A DNA stretch of 32,000 nucleotides from Prochlorococcus marinus str. NATL2A (lineage in GTDB: Bacteria > Cyanobacteriota > Cyanobacteriia > PCC-6307 > Cyanobiaceae), in assembly GCF_000012465.1 (NCBI RefSeq), contig NC_007335.2, positions 1,110,001 to 1,142,000 of the forward strand, read 5' to 3'. Position numbers and translations under genes: made by a program. Numbering within the stretch: position 1 is the first letter of the stretch; each line of letters begins with the position of its first letter. Of the stretch, positions 26,441-32,000 are shown piece by piece. Under the pieces are notes generated by a model. The model was not told the DNA's origin and did not search any database. It worked only from the letters and a program-made list of their open reading frames with translations.

Positions 26441-28158
26441 GATATTCCTTGGAAAAAATTTTTTCAACTGATTTAAATAAAGCATTATTAGCTACCCTAA
26501 TTCGCTATTACCCACCCATAGAGTCTAATGAAGCTTTAATAGATATTGTAAATGTATTAATGGATGGATTATCAAGAGGCGATGTTTACATAGACATGAA
26601 GAAAATCCCTGAAAATCTTGAACTTAAATATAAAGATTGGCCCAGCTATCATATGAAAGCATTATTAGAGAGTGGCTGGACTAAAGGAGATAACTCCCCA
26701 ATAGTTTTAAATGGAGATTTGATTAGTTGGCGGCGTACACATAATGAGATAGTTGAGACCATTCAAAAAATATTATTAAGGAATCAACCTATTAATCACC
26801 TATCTAAAGAATTACCTGTTCGAATTGAAGCTAAGAATCTAGAGCATCTAAATATTCAACAAATAGATGCTGTTAACCTTGTTAAGAGTGAACAAATCAT
26901 CTTATTAAGTGGTGGCCCAGGCACAGGCAAGACTAGTACCATACTTCAAATGCTTTTAGAAGCACTAACAAGAAATCCAACTCTTAGTATTGCAATGGCT
27001 GCTCCAACAGGGAAAGCCGCAAAAAAACTAAAAGATACTATTCAGGCAGGAATTGAAGATTTTGATGATCCTATAAAGGATAAGCTTTCTAACATTCCTT
27101 CTAAAACATTACATAAATGGTTAGAAGCAGGACCAAATGGCTTCAGAAGAAACTCTCAACGTCTATTAAAATTAGACCTAATAGTCATAGATGAGATGTC
27201 AATGGTTGATTTATCAACCATTAATGGTTTGCTCGATGCATTAACAAAATCATGTCAAATAATATTAGTAGGTGATCCTGACCAATTATTACCAATAGGA
27301 AGTGGTGGCATATGGCAAATTTTGCAAGAGAAAGAAACTAAAACAAACTTTCAATCTAACTCAGTCAAACTAACAAAGTCATACCGAAATAAAGGAGATA
27401 TCGCTTTATTAAGAAATATACTAAAAGATAAAGGAGTAGACGCCTTTTGGCAGCTGCTTTCAAAGAAAGAAGATTCAACAAATACACTTCATTACCTTTC
27501 ATCCATAAAAAGTATTCCAGATCCTGTCGTAAGGACTCTTGTAAGCTATAGAAAGAAGCTTAAAGAATTAACAGAAAATTGTATCAATTATATTCCAGAT
27601 GAAGCCTGGCAATCAAGCATGATTGAGGTAGATCAATCAGTTGAGATACAAAAACTCTTTAAATTCATAGATAATCTTCTTATACTTTGTCCGCAAAGAT
27701 ATGGGCCTTGGGGTGTAAAAAAAATCCACGAGTTCCTTTTAGGAAAGAGATTTGAGAAGGAAGTACATAAGTGGGGGGAGGCAACACCAATAATGGCAAA
27801 AAGTAATCAACCTGAAATAGGTTTAGCGAATGGAGACGTTGGGGTAATTATTGGCAACGGTGAGAAAAGACGTTTTTTATTTAATGTTTTTTCTGAGGAA
27901 CAAAGGCTAGTAACTCGACTAATAAACCCATCAAGGTTAAATAGATATGATGCGGCATATGCAATGACAATTCATAAAGCACAAGGGAGTGAAGCTGATC
28001 AAGTTCTTTTACTTTGGCCAACGACCTCAAAAGTTTCAGAAGAGAAGACTTCCAATAAATTTTATTCTGATGATTATGAAAAAAGAATGCTTTACACAGC
28101 AATAACTCGCGCAAAAAAACAATTAATGGTAATTACCAATAAAGAAGAAGACTTTTAA
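26437..28158 (+). CDS. recD: Exodeoxyribonuclease V alpha subunit RecD
   Basis: 573 aa. Motifs present: LSGGPGTGKTST, VIDEMSMVD, LVGDPDQLLPIGSG, AMTIHKAQGSE. Its ATG overlaps the recB stop (ATGA at 26437-26440). Confidence 0.92.
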   Translation: MRYSLEKIFSTDLNKALLATLIRYYPPIESNEALIDIVNVLMDGLSRGDVYIDMKKIPENLELKYKDWPSYHMKALLESGWTKGDNSPIVLNGDLISWRRTHNEIVETIQKILLRNQPINHLSKELPVRIEAKNLEHLNIQQIDAVNLVKSEQIILLSGGPGTGKTSTILQMLLEALTRNPTLSIAMAAPTGKAAKKLKDTIQAGIEDFDDPIKDKLSNIPSKTLHKWLEAGPNGFRRNSQRLLKLDLIVIDEMSMVDLSTINGLLDALTKSCQIILVGDPDQLLPIGSGGIWQILQEKETKTNFQSNSVKLTKSYRNKGDIALLRNILKDKGVDAFWQLLSKKEDSTNTLHYLSSIKSIPDPVVRTLVSYRKKLKELTENCINYIPDEAWQSSMIEVDQSVEIQKLFKFIDNLLILCPQRYGPWGVKKIHEFLLGKRFEKEVHKWGEATPIMAKSNQPEIGLANGDVGVIIGNGEKRRFLFNVFSEEQRLVTRLINPSRLNRYDAAYAMTIHKAQGSEADQVLLLWPTTSKVSEEKTSNKFYSDDYEKRMLYTAITRAKKQLMVITNKEEDF

Positions 28159-28262
28159 ATATGTGCTCAACTTTTTCCTAAAAGGATTTTTGAAATGATA
28201 AAGTGAATTTATATCCCTTTAACAAGGCGAGTCAGCAAAGCACGGTTATACACCGATCGGAA

Positions 28263-28296
28263 GTTGCCTGCCTAATTTGAAGGACAAAAAGGCAAC
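28263..28296 (+). promoter_or_regulatory. 5'-leader stem-loop immediately upstream of the DEAD-box helicase start
   Basis: GTTGCCT (28263-28269) pairs with AGGCAAC (28290-28296) around a 20-nt loop containing GAAGGA. The stem ends 9 nt before the ATG. It sits inside a GC-richer patch (about 28224-28300) of an otherwise AT-rich spacer. Confidence 0.4.
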
Positions 28297-28305
28297 CATT
28301 ATTAG

Positions 28306-30075
28306 ATGACAAATAAAAATCCACATGAGGATTCCTCATGTCCAGTAGAACAAGATGTTCTCGAGGAATCTTCTGAGGAAATATTAGAGGAAATTGAGCA
28401 AAATTCAGAAAATGGATTTTCTGAATTTAATTTTAGTGAAGAACTAATTCAAACAATCTCTGATAAAGGCTACTCATCGCCTACTCCGATTCAAAAAGCT
28501 GCAATTCCTGAATTGCTTCTTGGTAGAGATTTAGTTGGACAAGCTCAAACCGGTACAGGGAAAACCGCCGCATTTGCGTTACCAATCCTAGAGAGGTTGA
28601 AAAAGAATGTAGGACATCCACAAGTTTTAGTACTTGCTCCAACCCGCGAGTTGGCTATGCAAGTAGCTGAATCATTTCGAACATATTCGGCAGGTCATCC
28701 GCATTTTAAAGTGCTTGCAATATATGGAGGCTCTGATTTCCGAAATCAAATCAACACTCTCAGGAGGGGAGTCGATGTAGTCGTAGGGACTCCGGGACGA
28801 GTCATGGATCACATGCGTCAAAAGACTCTAAATACTAGTCATCTGAGTTGTTTAGTTCTAGACGAAGCTGATGAAATGTTAAGGATGGGGTTTATTGATG
28901 ACGTTGAGTGGATTTTAGAACAATTGCCAGAGGAGAGACAACTAGTTTTATTCTCAGCGACAATGCCATCTGAGATCAGAAGATTATCAAAAAAATATTT
29001 AAATAGTCCTGCAGAAATAACTATAAAAGCAACTGAATTGAAAGAAAGGCTTATCAGGCAAAGGTATATAAGCGTTCAAAATGTTTATAAAGTTAATGCA
29101 CTTCAAAGAGTACTTGAAGCTGTATCAGAAGAAGGGGTAATAATATTTGCTAGAACAAAAGCTATTACAATCGTAGTAGCTGAAAAATTAGAATCATATG
29201 GATATAACGTAGCTGTTTTAAATGGAGATATTCCTCAAAATCAAAGGGAACGAACTGTTGAAAGATTAAGACAAGGATCTATCAATATTTTAGTAGCTAC
29301 AGATGTCGCAGCAAGAGGTCTTGATGTAGATCGAATTGGTTTAGTAATAAATTACGATATGCCATTTGATCGCGAAGCATATGTTCATAGAATTGGCAGA
29401 ACTGGACGTGCAGGAAGAAATGGTGAAGCAATTCTTTTTGTTAATCCAAGAGAAAGATCATTTTTAAGTAATCTTGAAAGAGCGGTAGGTCAGCCAATTG
29501 AAAAAATGGATATTCCAGACAATGACCTTATCAACAATAACCGAATTAAGAAATTACAAGCAAAATTAATAAAAGCCGCCTCAACAGAGAGAGACAACCC
29601 AGAAGAAGCAAATATTTTAGAAGAATTAATAAAAAATGTTGAAAAAGAATTAGATATAGATCCAAAAGACTTAACACTTGCCGCATTAAATTTAGCAGTT
29701 GGTTTTAATGCACTCCTTGAGAAAGGGAATGAGGATTGGATCAGACAATCAGCTCAAAGGAATACAAGAAATGATCGCAGAGATAATAATAAATTCAAGC
29801 AACGTAGAAGAGGTGATTTTGATAACAACAGGCTTGAAGATGAAATGGACAGATTCAGGGTTGAAGTTGGACACCGAGATAGGGTTAAGCCTGGAAATCT
29901 AGTTGGAGCAATTGCCAACGAAGCAGGACTGAAAGGGAGATCAATAGGAAGAATAAGAATATTTGAAAATTACAGCCTAGTAGATCTGCCAAAACAAATG
30001 CCTGATAAAGTTTTTCAAGCCCTAAAAAAAGTCAAAGTAATGAATAGAGAATTACAGATAAACAGAGCAGACTAA
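28306..30075 (+). CDS. deaD: DEAD-box ATP-dependent RNA helicase (DeaD/CsdA-like) with C-terminal DbpA-type RNA-binding domain
   Basis: 589 aa. Motifs present: Q motif PTPIQ, AQTGTGKT, PTRELA, DEAD, SAT, HRIGRTGRAG. The C-terminus RFRVEVGHRDRVKPGNLVGAIANEAGL...IGRIRIF...SLVDLP is DbpA-RBD-like. There is an acidic ~40-aa N-terminal extension. Confidence 0.93.
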   Translation: MTNKNPHEDSSCPVEQDVLEESSEEILEEIEQNSENGFSEFNFSEELIQTISDKGYSSPTPIQKAAIPELLLGRDLVGQAQTGTGKTAAFALPILERLKKNVGHPQVLVLAPTRELAMQVAESFRTYSAGHPHFKVLAIYGGSDFRNQINTLRRGVDVVVGTPGRVMDHMRQKTLNTSHLSCLVLDEADEMLRMGFIDDVEWILEQLPEERQLVLFSATMPSEIRRLSKKYLNSPAEITIKATELKERLIRQRYISVQNVYKVNALQRVLEAVSEEGVIIFARTKAITIVVAEKLESYGYNVAVLNGDIPQNQRERTVERLRQGSINILVATDVAARGLDVDRIGLVINYDMPFDREAYVHRIGRTGRAGRNGEAILFVNPRERSFLSNLERAVGQPIEKMDIPDNDLINNNRIKKLQAKLIKAASTERDNPEEANILEELIKNVEKELDIDPKDLTLAALNLAVGFNALLEKGNEDWIRQSAQRNTRNDRRDNNKFKQRRRGDFDNNRLEDEMDRFRVEVGHRDRVKPGNLVGAIANEAGLKGRSIGRIRIFENYSLVDLPKQMPDKVFQALKKVKVMNRELQINRAD

Positions 30076-30086
30076 AAGCCCCAGAA

Positions 30087-30362
30087 ATGCTCTACAAATT
30101 AATATTCAGCAGCATAACTACATTACTTATCTTAGAGATGAGTAACCTTTTAGAGATTCAAGCAGAGCACAAAAATACTCTGATTAATAAATTCTGCATT
30201 GCATCCTTAAAATCAAAACTTGATTTTAAGGATGCACAAAAGATAGATGAAATTAGTCATTTTACCTGTGAGTGTTTTTTAGAAAAATTTAATTCTGGCA
30301 ATTCAATAAAAGACTCACGTATTTACTGCAAAAATAAAACTGCAGATAAATACAATCTCTAA
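30087..30362 (+). CDS. Small hypothetical protein with hydrophobic N-terminus and 5 Cys (91 aa)
   Basis: ATG 11 nt after the helicase stop, and 21 nt before the ABC gene. It has a signal/anchor-like N-terminus (LIFSSITTLLIL). Confidence 0.45.
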   Translation: MLYKLIFSSITTLLILEMSNLLEIQAEHKNTLINKFCIASLKSKLDFKDAQKIDEISHFTCECFLEKFNSGNSIKDSRIYCKNKTADKYNL

Positions 30363-30383
30363 AAGAATCACACTAAAAATAAG

Positions 30384-32000
30384 ATGTATAAATCTAAATC
30401 AAAAAAAGGAAGAATCCCATTAGCAAGACTTTTAAGTAATCTTAAAAGTCAAAAGCGTCTAATTTATTCAGCTATTATTTGCTCTACATTAAATAAATTT
30501 TTTGATCTCGCACCACCTGTACTAATTGGAATATCTGTTGACGTAGTAGTACGAAAAGAAAGTTCATGGCTTGGATCAATTGGCTTTAATACTGTCCCAG
30601 ATCAGTTAATTGCGCTCTCAATCATTTCCTTTTTGATCTGGACAGCTGAATCATTCTTTGAATATTTATATGGATTAATGTGGAGAAATTTAGCTCAAAA
30701 GACACAGCACTATTTAAGAATCAAAGCATATGACCATTTACAAAAATTAGAGATGACATTCTTCGAATCAGATAATACAGGAAGGCTTATGACTGTACTA
30801 AATGATGATATTAATCAACTGGAAAGATTCTTGGATGAAGGAGCTAATAAAATTATTCAATTAATAATTACTGTTTTTATAGTTGGAGGGGCAATGATTT
30901 TATTAGCTCCCGGAATTGCATTGCTAGCATTCATACCTATTCCATTTATTCTTTGGGGCTCGATTAGATTCCAGAAGAACCTAGCTCCTCGCTATCGTGA
31001 AGTCAGAGATAGGGCTGGAGATCTTGCTTCAAGACTTAATAATAATCTCAGTGGAATGCTAACTATTAAAAGTTTTGCTACTGAAGATTGGGAACTAGAA
31101 AGATTAAGACTAGATAGCAATTTATATCAAGAAAGTAATAGAAAAGCGATTAAGTTATCAGCAGCATTTATCCCCTTAATTAGATTCGCGATACTATTTG
31201 CATTTCTTGCAATATTAATTGCTGGGGGCTTCCAATCTTGGAAAGGATTAATGCCTGTGGGAACTTATAGTTTTTTAGTATTTATAACTCAAAGATTATT
31301 ATGGCCCTTAACGACATTAGGTCATATCCTGGATGATTATCAAAGATCAATGGCCTCAACAAATAGAGTATTAGATTTAATAGATACTCCAATTAAAATT
31401 AAAACTGGCAAAGTCAAGTTAGATCCATTTAATGTTAAAGGTGCAATCACATTTAACAATATTGATTTTACATATGAAGGAAGGTCTCAAGTCATAAAAA
31501 ACTTTAATTTAGATATTAGTCCTGGGAAAAAAATAGGTATTGTAGGTGCCACTGGTTCTGGCAAAAGTACACTTATAAAACTCTTGTTAAGGCTGTATAA
31601 AATCAGTAAAGGTTCAATAGAAATTGATAATAATTCAATTGAATCATTGGATTTAAAAAGTCTACGACGTTGTATTGCATTAGTAAGCCAGGAAACATAT
31701 TTGTTCCAAGGTACAATTGAAGAAAATATTTCTTATGGATCGCAAAATATTGATAAATCAAAAATAAAAAATGCTGCAGATATTGCTGAAGCAACTGAAT
31801 TTATTAATCAACTTCCACAAGGCTTAAACACAATAGTGGGAGAAAGAGGACAAAAGTTATCTGGTGGCCAAAGACAAAGAATTGCAATCGCAAGAGCAAT
31901 CCTAAAAAACGCCCCTATTTTAGTATTAGATGAGGCAACAGCCTCTGTAGACAATGAAACTGAAGCCGCGATTCAAAGGTCTCTAAAGAAGATAACAACT
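30384..32000 (+). CDS. ABC exporter, fused permease-ATPase (MsbA/MdlB-type); the C-terminus lies beyond the window end
   Basis: Missing from the ORF track because it is edge-truncated. Hand translation from the ATG at 30384 is open for 539 codons: MYKSKSKKGRIPLARLLSNLKSQKRLIYSAIICS... It has six-TM-type ABC membrane domain features, Walker A GATGSGKST, signature LSGGQRQRIAIARA and Walker B ILVLDEATAS. Confidence 0.9.
   Translation, partial: MYKSKSKKGRIPLARLLSNLKSQKRLIYSAIICSTLNKFFDLAPPVLIGISVDVVVRKESSWLGSIGFNTVPDQLIALSIISFLIWTAESFFEYLYGLMWRNLAQKTQHYLRIKAYDHLQKLEMTFFESDNTGRLMTVLNDDINQLERFLDEGANKIIQLIITVFIVGGAMILLAPGIALLAFIPIPFILWGSIRFQKNLAPRYREVRDRAGDLASRLNNNLSGMLTIKSFATEDWELERLRLDSNLYQESNRKAIKLSAAFIPLIRFAILFAFLAILIAGGFQSWKGLMPVGTYSFLVFITQRLLWPLTTLGHILDDYQRSMASTNRVLDLIDTPIKIKTGKVKLDPFNVKGAITFNNIDFTYEGRSQVIKNFNLDISPGKKIGIVGATGSGKSTLIKLLLRLYKISKGSIEIDNNSIESLDLKSLRRCIALVSQETYLFQGTIEENISYGSQNIDKSKIKNAADIAEATEFINQLPQGLNTIVGERGQKLSGGQRQRIAIARAILKNAPILVLDEATASVDNETEAAIQRSLKKITT

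Noticed and set aside
18707-29902. Short ORFs 18707..18913, 19604..19843, 20345..20572, 26070..26270, 27881..28114 (all -) and 29699..29902 (+)
   Set aside because: All are embedded in recC, recB, recD or the helicase gene, either antisense or in an alternative frame. There is no independent support for any of them.
31603-31794. Minus-strand ORF inside the ABC transporter ATPase domain
   Set aside because: It is antisense to unmistakable Walker A / signature-motif coding sequence.
30087-32000. Bacteriocin/peptide precursor plus dedicated ABC exporter
   Set aside because: The ABC protein starts directly with the membrane domain and has no N-terminal C39 peptidase domain. The 91-aa ORF has no double-glycine leader.

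Overview
This is an AT-rich cyanobacterial chromosome segment. By hand count it is about one-third GC in genes and lower between them. Gene content (crtH, trmFO, pdxJ, CGFS-glutaredoxin/BolA, SulP, recC/recB/recD, DEAD-box helicase) and K/N/I-rich codon usage point to a low-GC Prochlorococcus-like marine picocyanobacterium. That assignment is inference and was not searched.

The left part (1 to about 12.1 kb) looks accessory:
- An edge-truncated giant repeat protein (1-2348, minus strand, missing from the ORF track).
- tRNA-Pro(UGG) with its own terminator.
- About 5.5 kb of extremely AT-rich DNA carrying a dozen small ORFan genes, many of them predicted membrane mini-proteins.
- A SulP/STAS anion transporter preceded by a 38-bp perfect palindrome.
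- Several small conserved-looking hypotheticals, then tRNA-Lys(UUU).

The right part is core-like: trmFO-crtH, an OmpR-family regulator, bolA-grx, plsC-like acyltransferase, pdxJ, a recC / ICMT-like membrane methyltransferase / recB / recD operon, a DeaD/CsdA-type helicase, a small Cys-containing secreted ORF, and an edge-truncated ABC exporter (30384-32000, also missing from the track).

Main leads:
- The response regulator (15331-16095) is a compositional outlier (about 50% GC, Arg-rich and Lys-poor). It appears to lack the phospho-acceptor Asp and has no adjacent kinase.
- The perfect palindrome abuts the SulP start.
- The tRNA-flanked ORFan island contains paralogous mini-proteins and an orphan terminator that implies an unannotated transcript.
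- A membrane methyltransferase gene is embedded in the recBCD operon.

I found no CRISPR array, integrase, transposase or rRNA.
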